Virus record (IMG/VR): IMGVR_UViG_3300042465_007929
Span: 32,001-96,000 of that record
Length of the DNA: 64,000 nucleotides
DNA from: a virus
Direction: 5' to 3' (one strand)
Part shown: positions 9,685-20,382 of the stretch, in pieces
Numbering within the stretch: position 1 is the stretch's first letter
How the letters are laid out: every line of letters starts with the position of its first letter
The notes under the pieces: model-generated
The model's input: only the letters and a program-made list of their open reading frames with translations
What the model was told of the DNA's origin: nothing
Databases searched by the model: none
Translations under genes and position numbers: made by a program

Positions 9685-11396
9685 GCTATTACAATTACGA
9701 TAATTATTATAATAATACTATTGATGTCATCAATAACTGGGATTATGTGCATGACTATATAGATTATAGTCCATATTCTTTACAACCTGTTTATAGATTT
9801 CCTCCTTCATTTATTGTTGATGAAGAAGATTTGAATTTAGTAGCTAGTGGTATAGCTATTCACAATAATAAAGATGTAACATTCGATTTAAATTTATTTG
9901 ATCAAAATCAAAAACCATTAACATCTTTTAATGATGTTTCAGAAAATCCATTTGTTCAAGGCGTAAATGTATCTATTTTGGATAAATTTGGCAATACTGT
10001 TTCTTATCATTATATTAAAAATTCATTTCAAAAAACTTTTACTTTAACTGAACAAGATAATATAAAAGTTTTTGGATTCTATGAGCCTGATTTTGGTATT
10101 CAATTAGAAGTTCTTGATTTAAATTTAAATAGACATGTATCTCGTTTTCAAGTCTATTCAAATCAATTAGAAATTGAAAGTATATATGTAACAGATAGTA
10201 ATGGATATTGGCTTAATGAAGATCCAATAGGTTTTCAATCGTATATACCATATAAATATAACTATGAAGGTTTTGATGTTCAAGCAGTAACAAATAATGC
10301 ATATTATATTAATAAATATAATGCTTTATTAGATGCGTATGATATAAATGTAAATGCACAAATAACATTTGCCAAATCAGAAAATGAAAATATTTTTGTT
10401 GATTGGGGCGATGGAAATTCTGAATTAATTTTACAAAGATTTGGTGATTCTGTATTTAATGGAAATGTAATCCATGCTTTTACTGATACAGAAGATGAAT
10501 ATTTAATACCATATTATGAAAATATAGATGGTTATTTGTATGAATTTTCTTTATATCATAATTATTTAAATACAGGAAGATATAATGTAAGTTTTTATTA
10601 TAGTGGAAATGGATCTACAGGTCTTGAATCTATTAAATCTATAGATTTTTCAATGCCTTATGAATTGAAAGAAAATGGACTACCACAATTTGGTGATAGC
10701 ATTACTGGCGGAATAAATTTTGATATAAATTTTTTAAATGATCCTAATTATGTTAATTTTGATTATTTTGATATTTATGCAAGTACATCTAGTAATGTTT
10801 TATTAAATGAAGAAAATTTTATTAAAAAAATAGATATTCCAAATTCTTATAAAAGTTACGAGTTTAGTTTAGATCCTTCTAATTTTCAATCAAATTTAGA
10901 TTATTGGTTTGTTATTTTACCTTATAGTAAAATAAAAGCTGGATATCCTTGGAAAATTGGTCCATACCGTAAATATGAAGCGCCTGTTCCTGAAAGTATT
11001 ACATCTGCAAATAAATTAAATATTTCAAATGGTGCTGCTATTGTTCAAACACAAATAATAACTGGAATTATTACTGGATTCGAACCAATGATAATTGATC
11101 AGTCTATTAAAAATGGATCATATTTTGCACATGAATATCTTACAAGATTTGATGATCAATTAAACCATCATGCATCTTCTAAATTATTAGTTGTAGACAA
11201 TAGCTCAGGACAAGACATAATGAGAACTGGATTATCATTTACTGAATATAGTATTAGTGATAATTATTTTATATCCTTTGGAGTTCATGATGATGCTGAA
11301 AATATTTATTTAACAGCTCGTCATGATTATTCTAATTTTGAAAGCTCTCCAACTGATCCAAGTTCTTTCTATAAAATTCAAAAGGTATCTATTTGA
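9681..11396 (+). CDS. putative tail-associated protein with PKD-like domain
   Basis: ATGA-coupled to gpJ; VDWGDG motif followed later by HNY..TGRYNV; acidic and beta-rich. Confidence 0.6.
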   Translation: MSYYNYDNYYNNTIDVINNWDYVHDYIDYSPYSLQPVYRFPPSFIVDEEDLNLVASGIAIHNNKDVTFDLNLFDQNQKPLTSFNDVSENPFVQGVNVSILDKFGNTVSYHYIKNSFQKTFTLTEQDNIKVFGFYEPDFGIQLEVLDLNLNRHVSRFQVYSNQLEIESIYVTDSNGYWLNEDPIGFQSYIPYKYNYEGFDVQAVTNNAYYINKYNALLDAYDINVNAQITFAKSENENIFVDWGDGNSELILQRFGDSVFNGNVIHAFTDTEDEYLIPYYENIDGYLYEFSLYHNYLNTGRYNVSFYYSGNGSTGLESIKSIDFSMPYELKENGLPQFGDSITGGINFDINFLNDPNYVNFDYFDIYASTSSNVLLNEENFIKKIDIPNSYKSYEFSLDPSNFQSNLDYWFVILPYSKIKAGYPWKIGPYRKYEAPVPESITSANKLNISNGAAIVQTQIITGIITGFEPMIIDQSIKNGSYFAHEYLTRFDDQLNHHASSKLLVVDNSSGQDIMRTGLSFTEYSISDNYFISFGVHDDAENIYLTARHDYSNFESSPTDPSSFYKIQKVSI

Positions 11397-11581
11397 TAGA
11401 TATTAAAATCTGGATTATTATCTTTTTTAAAATCATTTTTATAAACAGATAAATTTACTTTTTGAGTAGATCCATCTTTTAATTTTATTTCAATAACTCC
11501 AGAAAGATATTGTCGGTCAGCTTTTGTTTTTTTAATCCAAAAGCCGCCGATCTTTTTATTGCTCCAATTATTTTTCTCCAT
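11378..11581 (-). CDS. small DUF736-like putative ssDNA-binding protein
   Basis: IGGFW.K...YLSG.I...YKN..K...PDFNI pattern. Confidence 0.6.
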   Translation of the reverse strand: MEKNNWSNKKIGGFWIKKTKADRQYLSGVIEIKLKDGSTQKVNLSVYKNDFKKDNNPDFNIYQIDTF

Positions 11582-11735
11582 TAAGAGTCTCTTTGGTCAT
11601 CTCAATAAAGATGGCTCGACTATCCTGTGGAACAAGATTATATTGTTTCTTTAGTCTTCTATAAACTCTGCGAGTAATTGGATTGCTAATATCTCCAACT
11701 ATTTTTCTCAATTTTTTTGCGGTTGTATTTCTCAT
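11568..11735 (-). CDS. small basic hypothetical protein (55 aa, missing from the ORF track)
   Basis: MRNTTAKKLRKIVG...RRVYRRLKKQY...NGEK*; ATGA overlap with the upstream stop; fills the operon gap. Confidence 0.7.
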   Translation of the reverse strand: MRNTTAKKLRKIVGDISNPITRRVYRRLKKQYNLVPQDSRAIFIEMTKETLNGEK

Positions 11736-12187
11736 AATTCTGCTATAAATGTTTCTGTATCTTTTATAAATCCCATTTTCTCATAGAATTTCATTACCCC
11801 ATGAGAATGTGGATGTTTCATCACTCTATTCATCATAATATATTTAAAACCTTTTTGTCGAGCAAATTTTGTAGCTTCTTGAAATAATTTATATCCAACT
11901 TTTGGATTTTTTGAAAGCCAAATATATTCGGAGAAAATTTGCTCATTAAATTTTGCATTTTTGTCATTTAAAAAAATAATAACAGCATCATACGATTGAC
12001 CATTATGGTTTGCCCATACAAAAATATCCCAAGCCAATAAATATTTATTAGCAAATGAAGTTTTGATTGTTTCTTTATTATGCTTTAAAAAGAAATGCCC
12101 TTGATTTTCATTTTCAAATTCATGTAATGAAAAAATATCATCAGCTAATTGTTTAAAATCTTCAGGATTTAAAATTCTTTTAATCAT
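11732..12187 (-). CDS. GNAT family acetyltransferase
   Basis: VGYKLF..ATKFARQKG and KFYEKMGF motifs. Confidence 0.75.
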   Translation of the reverse strand: MIKRILNPEDFKQLADDIFSLHEFENENQGHFFLKHNKETIKTSFANKYLLAWDIFVWANHNGQSYDAVIIFLNDKNAKFNEQIFSEYIWLSKNPKVGYKLFQEATKFARQKGFKYIMMNRVMKHPHSHGVMKFYEKMGFIKDTETFIAEL

Positions 12188-13011
12188 TTTTTATTAATCA
12201 AAGGAAGTAGGATTCTAGCTTCTTTAGCTGGGATATCTTCAAAATTCTTCCAATCTTTAATTCCTTCATAGCGATACTTCTCTGTAGTCCATAATTCTCT
12301 GAGGATCGCTCTGAAGCCTTCGAAATCTGTGATGCCAGACTTCTCGCGGAGAGTCTTCTCAAGGATGCCTGTTGGTGTTACAGGGACAATAGAGCTTTCA
12401 TATCCAGAAGATTCAATTGATGGGCTGAATGAATTCTTTGATTTATCAATTTCATCTGCTCCAACGATATGAATATTAAGAAAATTGCGAACACAACGAA
12501 CAAATGCTCGATTACAAGCAATGGTTTCGAGAAACTTCGCGCAGAAATCATCCGTATTAGCAAGTGTTGCATTGGCAACATCTTCATATGAAACAAAATG
12601 CTTAGAACCTGTCTCATAATTATGAATCCAATCAATTCGGCACTTGGCTACTACATAATTTTCATTAACATGATTGACTTCATAGGAAACAGAAGAAAAC
12701 CCACGAAGTTTCGCAATTTCTTTAATGCCACCAAGCATAATAAGAAGTTGGTTGTCTTTAAGACCATCAACAGAGGATGGCATCTCTTTCTTGCGGATAT
12801 CAAACCATCCTTTATTTGGGTAAAGGAATTCATCCTTAATCATCTTGCGCCAATTAACTGAGCCATCATCATTAAAATGATAATTAGTATTCTCAATCAA
12901 TCCCCATTCATTCCTCTTATAGAGTTGATGAAAAGATGGAGGCGGTGAAGAGTTGGTTTCTTCTGATTGTTCTGTAATTTGCGGATCTTCTGTTTTTTTA
13001 ATCTTGCTCAT
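12184..13011 (-). CDS. putative single-strand annealing protein (Rad52/Sak-like)
   Basis: GIKEIA...VVAKCRI...EDVANA...IACNRAFVRCVRNFLNI pattern; start taken at MSKIKK. Confidence 0.5.
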   Translation of the reverse strand: MSKIKKTEDPQITEQSEETNSSPPPSFHQLYKRNEWGLIENTNYHFNDDGSVNWRKMIKDEFLYPNKGWFDIRKKEMPSSVDGLKDNQLLIMLGGIKEIAKLRGFSSVSYEVNHVNENYVVAKCRIDWIHNYETGSKHFVSYEDVANATLANTDDFCAKFLETIACNRAFVRCVRNFLNIHIVGADEIDKSKNSFSPSIESSGYESSIVPVTPTGILEKTLREKSGITDFEGFRAILRELWTTEKYRYEGIKDWKNFEDIPAKEARILLPLINKK

Positions 13012-14152
13012 AAAAATAAAAATGTTCTTGGTCTTTCCAATATTCATTAGTATCTAATATTTTCATTTTATTGTCAACCATATTTTTATTTAAATCTAAA
13101 TGAGCTTTGCTCGCGTATTGTTTTCCATCTTTAAAAATTCTTTTATTAGAAAAGAAAAGTGTTTTTGTCGAAATGTTTTTAGGTTTTTCTGAATTAAATT
13201 CGTATAAATTAACATTTTGATCAAAATATTTATTTTTTACAAAGCCTAAATCATTCTCTTCTTTTATTAAAATTTGAAAAGCAATTCCCCATATTTTTAG
13301 TATTTCAAAATATTTTTCAGGAATAGTATCAGAATTTTTATTAAGAAATATTGATATTTTTTTAACATTATTTCTAATTTTTTCCAATGTAGATAATTGT
13401 ATTAATTGCTCAGTAACAATAGAAACTTTATATTTATTGCAATATTGCAAGAAGCTTATTTCATCAAATCCATAATCAATTCTTAAATAAATAATATCAT
13501 CATTTTGAACTTGAATATCATGGAAACTGGTTGGGACCACCTCGTAAATTTTATTTAAAAATAAATTACCAATTTCGATTGTTTTGAAATTAATTTTATT
13601 CTTAATATTAAGAAGATCTAAAAAAGCTTGAGCTATTTGTTCAGGTTTAATTAAATTAATTTCTGATTTTGGATCGTATAAATTTAAACATGGTTTTCCC
13701 GACCATGGTGCTGGTATATCTATTTTTTGTTTTTTATCTGACCAATATCCATTGGATATAGATGGGTAGATATTACCAAATAAATTAATAATAGGTATTT
13801 TTTTGCTACTTGCATAGTGCGAATACACACTATCAGAACCAATATATGCAATTGATTTTGATATGATATATGCGTATTGTTTGAATGATAAATTAGAAAT
13901 ACCTTTGTTTATTCCTGTAATTGTATTATTTTTAACATCAATTTGAATAACTTGAATATTTTGAGAATTTAAAATTGGACGCAAAAGATCTAATACTATA
14001 TTATAGTATTTATAATGTTTTGATTGGATATTTTCTTCAGAATAAATAACAATATATTTATTTTCTTTTATTGGGAAATAATGTTCAGAAATAATTGGTT
14101 CCGAAATTAAAACTCCTAAATTTTTAGCATACTCTTCTAAGATATGTGACAT
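12998..14152 (-). CDS. GT9 (heptosyltransferase)-like glycosyltransferase
   Basis: QYAYIISKSIAYIGSDSVYSHYA...PIINLFG...INLIKPEQI. Confidence 0.75.
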   Translation of the reverse strand: MSHILEEYAKNLGVLISEPIISEHYFPIKENKYIVIYSEENIQSKHYKYYNIVLDLLRPILNSQNIQVIQIDVKNNTITGINKGISNLSFKQYAYIISKSIAYIGSDSVYSHYASSKKIPIINLFGNIYPSISNGYWSDKKQKIDIPAPWSGKPCLNLYDPKSEINLIKPEQIAQAFLDLLNIKNKINFKTIEIGNLFLNKIYEVVPTSFHDIQVQNDDIIYLRIDYGFDEISFLQYCNKYKVSIVTEQLIQLSTLEKIRNNVKKISIFLNKNSDTIPEKYFEILKIWGIAFQILIKEENDLGFVKNKYFDQNVNLYEFNSEKPKNISTKTLFFSNKRIFKDGKQYASKAHLDLNKNMVDNKMKILDTNEYWKDQEHFYFYEQD

Positions 14153-14153
14153 A

Positions 14154-16055
14154 TTATTCTAATAATGAAAATTGATTTTTATTTTTGCCATTGTGAACGT
14201 AACAAATACTTTTCTGTGTTGTGGTATGAGGATAAAAAGCCATTTCAAAAAAACCTTTATGATCTCCGCATCCTTCTAAGAAAATTGTATTTTCTAATAT
14301 TTCTGAATATTGAAAACATTTATATATATAAGGGTTGTCTTCTATATATGGAAAATACTCTTCTTTGGTGAAAATATAAATATTATGATCAGAATATTGT
14401 TTTTTTAAATTCTTCATTAAAGAATTAATCAATAAAACATCTGTCTCTGATTGGGGGATGATTACGGCAATTTTTTTATTATCATCTCCATGAAATAAAG
14501 ATTCAAATTCTATTTTTTTATTTTGTTGATTAGTTTGTTTTGCGACACTCACGAAATGATTCAGCAATCCATTCGCATCTATTTCTTTATTCAATAATTT
14601 GGAATCCCAGTATTTAAAGCCATTAGAATTTTTATCAATATCTTCTTTTAAAATATTTTTATATAGATCAATAATAAATTCATCTTTCGATAGATTATCT
14701 TTTGGTTTGTAATTTTCATCCAATAAAACATCATCATCATTAAAAGAAAAATCAATATCTGGCATATTATCAATAATGTCTTCGATTTTTTTACCAATAA
14801 TTTCAATGGAAAAATTATCGATAGCCCACTGCCTTGACATTTTTTCAATTTTTTGCTTTTGGATTTTATCCATTTTAAAAATATTTTCAATTTCTAAAGC
14901 GATACTATTTGCATCGGTAGATGCCTTAATAAACTGGGTTCCCGGCTCTCTATATTCATGCCACTTCAAAGAAACACCTCCACTGTCAATAGTACAATTA
15001 TCTTCTCCACATGAATAATTAGTAACAAGAGTAATTAATTCTGTTAATTTAGCCTCTTGAATTGGAATTTCCTGACCACCACTTGTGAATGGGTGGCAAT
15101 AAACATCCATCAAATTATAAACTTCATTTAATTGTTTCTCAGAAACTCCATGACTAATATTTGTTGTATTTAATGATTTCTCTGAACCGCACGATCTACA
15201 GTTTTGTTCTTGACCTGTAAATTGTCTTATTTCGTAAGAGTTACATTTGTTACAAAAATAAGTAGTTAAAATATCATTTGGATTAATTTCCTTTTCTTTC
15301 AAAAGATCGGGTATATTCCAACCTTCACTCCAATGAGTATGTAATAATAATTTAGCTTTAGAATTTGGATTAGAAATTTTAAATTTTTTGAATCCTTCTA
15401 AAATATTAGGCACAGATTTTCTTAATTGATTTCTAAAAACAAAACCAATAATAAAAGAATCTTGATCAATATTAAATTTTTGGCGAAGATTACTTCTTTC
15501 TTCATCTTTTAATCTGAAAAAGTTTTGGGTATCTACTGAACCTCTAAGGGTTTTTACATGATCATAACCCATTTTATTAAATGCTTTTTCGGCAAAAGAT
15601 GCCCATACATAATAATTTTTTATTTTAGGAGCAGATTCAATTGCTTGTGGTAATATCGGGAGACTATCTAATGTCGTCCATATCATACAATTAATTTTAT
15701 TCCACCAAGCTTTTTTATGAAAATCATTAAAAGCCCATATATCTTCAATGCCTATATAAACATCTGGTTTTACTTTTTTTATTATTTCATCAATTACTTC
15801 CCCACCATACCCAGCAGATCTTTGTTGGTCTGGAGCCATTGATTGAAGTTTTGACATAGGAGGTAAAGTGCCATAACACTCCCAAGGTACAGATTTTATT
15901 TGAGGATCATTTAATTGATGACCATTTGCTGCTTCTACAATATTATATTTACCTGTAGAATAAAGATATCTTAAAATATTTTTTTTATTTTTACCAAAAC
16001 CAGTGAAAGCTTTGCAAAAATTAGAATGAATTAAAATTGTTTTTTTATTTTGCAT
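14154..16055 (-). CDS. GT4-like glycosyltransferase with zinc-finger insert and C-terminal extensions
   Basis: TGFG N-terminal motif, RNQLRK, VYNLMDVYCHP..SGGQEIPIQEA; CNKC..CRSC insert; start taken at MQNKK. Confidence 0.8.
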   Translation of the reverse strand: MQNKKTILIHSNFCKAFTGFGKNKKNILRYLYSTGKYNIVEAANGHQLNDPQIKSVPWECYGTLPPMSKLQSMAPDQQRSAGYGGEVIDEIIKKVKPDVYIGIEDIWAFNDFHKKAWWNKINCMIWTTLDSLPILPQAIESAPKIKNYYVWASFAEKAFNKMGYDHVKTLRGSVDTQNFFRLKDEERSNLRQKFNIDQDSFIIGFVFRNQLRKSVPNILEGFKKFKISNPNSKAKLLLHTHWSEGWNIPDLLKEKEINPNDILTTYFCNKCNSYEIRQFTGQEQNCRSCGSEKSLNTTNISHGVSEKQLNEVYNLMDVYCHPFTSGGQEIPIQEAKLTELITLVTNYSCGEDNCTIDSGGVSLKWHEYREPGTQFIKASTDANSIALEIENIFKMDKIQKQKIEKMSRQWAIDNFSIEIIGKKIEDIIDNMPDIDFSFNDDDVLLDENYKPKDNLSKDEFIIDLYKNILKEDIDKNSNGFKYWDSKLLNKEIDANGLLNHFVSVAKQTNQQNKKIEFESLFHGDDNKKIAVIIPQSETDVLLINSLMKNLKKQYSDHNIYIFTKEEYFPYIEDNPYIYKCFQYSEILENTIFLEGCGDHKGFFEMAFYPHTTTQKSICYVHNGKNKNQFSLLE

Positions 16056-16509
16056 TTGCTTGTTGTCTAAAATAATAGATTTCATTTAAAGCGAATTTGA
16101 AAAATTGGCAAAGAGCATAAGCTTCTGACATCTCTACTCCCATGCCAAATTTATTTGCAGAGTTTCTAATTATAGAAAATGAAAAAGCTTTTTGTCCATT
16201 CTTTTTTGTATAAGGCTTGAATGAAATAGCAGTTTTATTTTCTTCGTAAGTATGAAAGGCTGAGAATTCAGCATATTGTTCGATAGCATAAATAAATCCT
16301 CCCAATTCGTTTTCATTTAATTTTAATGAAATTGATTTTTCAGGATTTTTAGAGTTTTCCGAAAAAGAACCGTTTTTTGTTTTATCATTCCAAGAAAATT
16401 GTTGAATTGCTGTAATATAAACATTAGGCTCTTTGGCTTTACTTCCGAGTCCAATTTGAAATCCAAATGCTGATCCAGTATTACTTGAGTTTGGTTTGTA
16501 TAAATGCAT
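16045..16509 (-). CDS. hypothetical protein (possible PC4/Whirly-like nucleic acid binder)
   Basis: 154-aa ORF with TATAAT 11 nt upstream; the fold guess is weak. Confidence 0.6.
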   Translation of the reverse strand: MHLYKPNSSNTGSAFGFQIGLGSKAKEPNVYITAIQQFSWNDKTKNGSFSENSKNPEKSISLKLNENELGGFIYAIEQYAEFSAFHTYEENKTAISFKPYTKKNGQKAFSFSIIRNSANKFGMGVEMSEAYALCQFFKFALNEIYYFRQQANAK

Positions 16510-16544
16510 ATTATGAAAGATTATAAATTTATAAACAATTTATT

Positions 16545-17621
16545 CTATAAAGTTTCGTCTTTTAATATAGGTTCAATTATTGTTTTAGTTAAAAAATCAC
16601 GATTTTTTTGAAAAGCTGAAATATCATAAAATCTTTCGTAACATAAAATAAATTTTTGACATAAATTAAAAATTTCTTTTTTTCTAAAGGATTCATAAAC
16701 ATATGTATCTTCCAGATATTGCACAATGAATTCCAAGATTTTTTTTCTTATTGTAGTTTGATAACAAACTTTATAAATTAAAGATGATTCTGCGTCTATT
16801 TTAATATTTAAATATTTACAAAATTTTTCAAATAAAAATTTTTCTGTTTCTCTATCTGCACCAATCTCTATAATCAATTCACAAAAATCAATAAAGCAAT
16901 GACCTTGAAAACTATTTTCGAAATTAATAAATTTAAAAGTATTGTCTCTGTAAATAATATTTTTTAAATTTAAATTACCGTGGCATATATGATTATATTT
17001 TATATTTTTAATGGAAACGACCCTAAGTAAGTCTGTTTTTATTTCTAATAAACATTTTAAAATATTATTTAAATCTGTATGGCTTTTTATATCACTCAAA
17101 ACTTCTTTATCGAATCTTTTTTCTATATCAATATATAAATAAAAATCATCCATAACGTCTTTGTGGGTTTTAATTAAAGACATTGATTTTTGCATTATTG
17201 AATATGAATAACAAAAATTATCAAAATTTTCTACCAAAATACCCTTACCAATTTCATTTATTGATTCTGCATCTTCATACGATGTGATGATATATCTAAT
17301 ATTATCTCCAATTTTTATCTTTCCATCATGAAGATATTTTGGCCTAATAAGTGGATTTATGTAATTTAAATATTTACTTTCGTATTCTATTTTTTTACAG
17401 TCTTCATCTAGTGATAATTTTAAAGTATATAATTGATTATTAGATGTGATTTTATAAGTATCGAATTCATTATCAATAGAAATTAATTCTGATTTTATAA
17501 CATTTATTGGATTCTTTAAAGATGAAAAAATTTTTTCTATAATTTTAATTTCATCATCACTGCATTCACTAATACCATTAGATAGATATGCATTTTGTTC
17601 AAAAATACTAGATAAGTTCAC
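16545..17621 (-). CDS. APH/choline kinase-fold protein with degenerate catalytic motifs
   Basis: YTLK, ICHGNLNLKNII, FINFE (canonical HGD...N and IDF); GTG start. Confidence 0.7.
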   Translation of the reverse strand: MNLSSIFEQNAYLSNGISECSDDEIKIIEKIFSSLKNPINVIKSELISIDNEFDTYKITSNNQLYTLKLSLDEDCKKIEYESKYLNYINPLIRPKYLHDGKIKIGDNIRYIITSYEDAESINEIGKGILVENFDNFCYSYSIMQKSMSLIKTHKDVMDDFYLYIDIEKRFDKEVLSDIKSHTDLNNILKCLLEIKTDLLRVVSIKNIKYNHICHGNLNLKNIIYRDNTFKFINFENSFQGHCFIDFCELIIEIGADRETEKFLFEKFCKYLNIKIDAESSLIYKVCYQTTIRKKILEFIVQYLEDTYVYESFRKKEIFNLCQKFILCYERFYDISAFQKNRDFLTKTIIEPILKDETL

Positions 17622-17637
17622 TATTTATTATTACAAA

Positions 17638-17663
17638 TAAGCCCCATTTTTCAATGGGGCTTA
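17638..17663 (-). terminator. hairpin, probable intrinsic terminator
   Basis: TAAGCCCCATT-GAAA-AATGGGGCTTA perfect stem; short U tract. Confidence 0.7.
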
Positions 17664-17693
17664 CTTATACGGTTGATGTTTATTAAATAATTA

Positions 17694-17927
17694 TTAGATG
17701 ATCTGACCAATTGTCTGTCCAGAGATCTTAATACCCATTAGACTGGTCTTAGCTAGGCGACGATGAGCCTTCTTGTTGCGGTCATAAATAACCATGTACG
17801 ATGGACTCTCGCTAGAGAGTTGAGCATTAATGGATTCTCCTTGCTTGGTATAAATACCGAAGAAACGACCCTTGCTCTCACGAATTGCATTTAGCACCTT
17901 ACTGTTTGTTGTATTTGTATTACTCAT
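17694..17927 (-). CDS. small hypothetical protein
   Basis: 77-aa ORF with TTGACA-17-TAATAT directly upstream. Confidence 0.7.
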   Translation of the reverse strand: MSNTNTTNSKVLNAIRESKGRFFGIYTKQGESINAQLSSESPSYMVIYDRNKKAHRRLAKTSLMGIKISGQTIGQII

Positions 17928-17938
17928 ATAGATAGATA

Positions 17939-20368
17939 TTAGCTGATCTTCAGTTTATTGTCAATGATTTTTACTGAAATTTTTTGATTTTTTGAATTTT
18001 TAATTATAAATTTAGAAATTGGAACTTGAAACTCAGAACGGACAAGATCCTTAATATTGCGAGCATGAAGTTTGTCGATTTTAATTTTATTTAAAATGGA
18101 TTCTTTTGTTGATGGGTGAAAATTAATTTTGATATTCTTTTCTTTTAATTTTTCTTGAATATTTTTAATTTCAATAGAAACAATAGATTCAAGCTCTTTG
18201 CTGGATAGTTCATTAAATACTAAAATATTATTAATTCTAGCAACAAATTCTGGCTTTAAATATTTTTTTACAGCGTCTTGATAAATAGTCTCTGGTTCTT
18301 CTGTATCATTAATAAAGCCCATTGATTTTTTTTCTTTTTTATCATGACCAATATTACTAGTAAGAATCACGATAGAATTTGTAAATGAAATTTTATTATT
18401 AAGATTATCATTAACATAGCCTTCATCAAGAAGATGAAGCAGCAAATTTAGAATTTCTGGATCGCATTTTTCAACTTCATCAAAAAGAACCACACAATTA
18501 GGATTGCTTCTTACGAACTCAGTAAGAAGTCCTCCTTGCTCGAAACCAACATAACCAGCATTAGCCCCAATCAATTTACTTATGCCTGTTTTCTCTTGAT
18601 ACTCGCTCATGTTGATTTGAATAAAAGCTTTCTCATTACCATAAAAATGTTTTGCAATTTTCTTTGCAGTATATGTTTTACCAACACTCGTAGGTCCGAC
18701 AAAAAACAAACTACATAATGGTTTATTTGGATCATTAAGTCCTACTTTAGCACATGATAAAATATCGGTAATTTGCTCAATATTCTTAGATTGGCCAAAA
18801 ACTTCTTTTTCAATATTCTCTTGGAATGTGGAGAAATCATTGATATTGATCGAGATAGAATTCTTAGAAAGTCCACTTTTTTCAGAAATGACTTCAATCA
18901 CATCAGACAATTTAATTGTGAATTTTTTCTTAAATAAGTCTTCATTAAATATTTTGATTTTTTCAACATAAGAAATTAAAGCATTTTCACATGTGAATTC
19001 ATCTTCTTCATCATTGAATGGTTCATCACGCAATAATTTCTTCATAAGATAATTTTGTAAATCTTGAACTTCATCAGGAAGTTTAATGTTTTTAATTTTT
19101 ACCCTAGCACCAACCAAATCAACAATATCAAATGCTTTATCTGGAAAATTTTTATGAGGAATATAACTATCACAAAGATCAATAATAGCATCAATCACTT
19201 TTGATGGATACTGAACATGATGAAATAATTCATAATCCTCAATACAATTAGAGATGATTTCTTTAGTTTGTTTTTTAGATGGAGCTTCTATAGAGATAGC
19301 GTCAAATCTTCTTTTCATTGCGCCATCCTTTTCGAAATATTTTTTATATTCATTGCTTGTTGTTGCCCCAATACATTTAAAGTTCCCCCTAGCTAGGGCT
19401 GGCTTTAACATATTTGAAGCATCTAACGAACCCTCTGAGCTTCCTGCTCCTACGATGTTATGAATTTCATCAAAAAATAAAATAATATTCTTATGTTCTG
19501 ATGCAGCTTCAATAAGTTCTTTAAATCTTTCTTCAAATTCTCCTCTATATCTAGTACCAGAAATCATTGATGCAAGATCAACACTGTATATTTCTGCATT
19601 TAAAAGATTAGCTGGTACGTTATTATTAATAACTCTTTGCGCTAAACCTTCAATAATTGCTGTTTTTCCTACCCCACCTTCTCCAATAAGAATAGCATTA
19701 CTTTTGACTTTCTTAGAAAGAATTTCAATGAGTTCGTTGATTTCTTTATCCCTGCCAGAAATATTATTAAACACTCCAGAAAGAGCCTTAACATTTAAAA
19801 AAGTACAGTATTTTTCAAATGGTTTTGCTTTTTTCTTTGGTTCTTGATTTTTTAATTTTGATACTTCTTTTGGTTCTATATTTTTTTCTTGTGGTAATTT
19901 TTCCACTTCACAAAAAGATTCAATATGAGATTTAATGATTTTTTTAAATTCATTAGTATCAATATTCTCTTTTGACAGGAAAGCGCAAAACTCATCTGAG
20001 TTTTCTAAAATAGAATAAAAAATATGTTCTATCCCAATATAATCATGTTCATAAACTTCAGAAAGTTTTTGAGCATAAGAAATTACTGTTTCTGTTTCTT
20101 TATGCCAAGAACTTTTAAAAATTTCATCATAAAATTCATCTGGATTGTTTTTAGCATATTTTATAATTAAAGATTTGAAATCTATGTCTTCAATAATTAT
20201 TTCATTGATCTCTAACATCATAGTTAGATCTTCAGATAAATTTAATAAACACCCATAAAATAAATGTGAATTGTTGATGCGGCCATGCGAATATTCTACT
20301 GCAAATTCCTTGGCTGATTTATAAGCTTTTTTAGCTCTTGGTGTTAAATTGAAATTATTTATTCCCAT
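17939..20368 (-). CDS. clpC: ClpC/ClpA-type AAA+ unfoldase
   Basis: Two Clp-N repeats, [32 protein letters not shown] ClpP-docking loop. Confidence 0.9.
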   Translation of the reverse strand: MGINNFNLTPRAKKAYKSAKEFAVEYSHGRINNSHLFYGCLLNLSEDLTMMLEINEIIIEDIDFKSLIIKYAKNNPDEFYDEIFKSSWHKETETVISYAQKLSEVYEHDYIGIEHIFYSILENSDEFCAFLSKENIDTNEFKKIIKSHIESFCEVEKLPQEKNIEPKEVSKLKNQEPKKKAKPFEKYCTFLNVKALSGVFNNISGRDKEINELIEILSKKVKSNAILIGEGGVGKTAIIEGLAQRVINNNVPANLLNAEIYSVDLASMISGTRYRGEFEERFKELIEAASEHKNIILFFDEIHNIVGAGSSEGSLDASNMLKPALARGNFKCIGATTSNEYKKYFEKDGAMKRRFDAISIEAPSKKQTKEIISNCIEDYELFHHVQYPSKVIDAIIDLCDSYIPHKNFPDKAFDIVDLVGARVKIKNIKLPDEVQDLQNYLMKKLLRDEPFNDEEDEFTCENALISYVEKIKIFNEDLFKKKFTIKLSDVIEVISEKSGLSKNSISININDFSTFQENIEKEVFGQSKNIEQITDILSCAKVGLNDPNKPLCSLFFVGPTSVGKTYTAKKIAKHFYGNEKAFIQINMSEYQEKTGISKLIGANAGYVGFEQGGLLTEFVRSNPNCVVLFDEVEKCDPEILNLLLHLLDEGYVNDNLNNKISFTNSIVILTSNIGHDKKEKKSMGFINDTEEPETIYQDAVKKYLKPEFVARINNILVFNELSSKELESIVSIEIKNIQEKLKEKNIKINFHPSTKESILNKIKIDKLHARNIKDLVRSEFQVPISKFIIKNSKNQKISVKIIDNKLKIS

Positions 20369-20382
20369 CATATTTTTTACAC

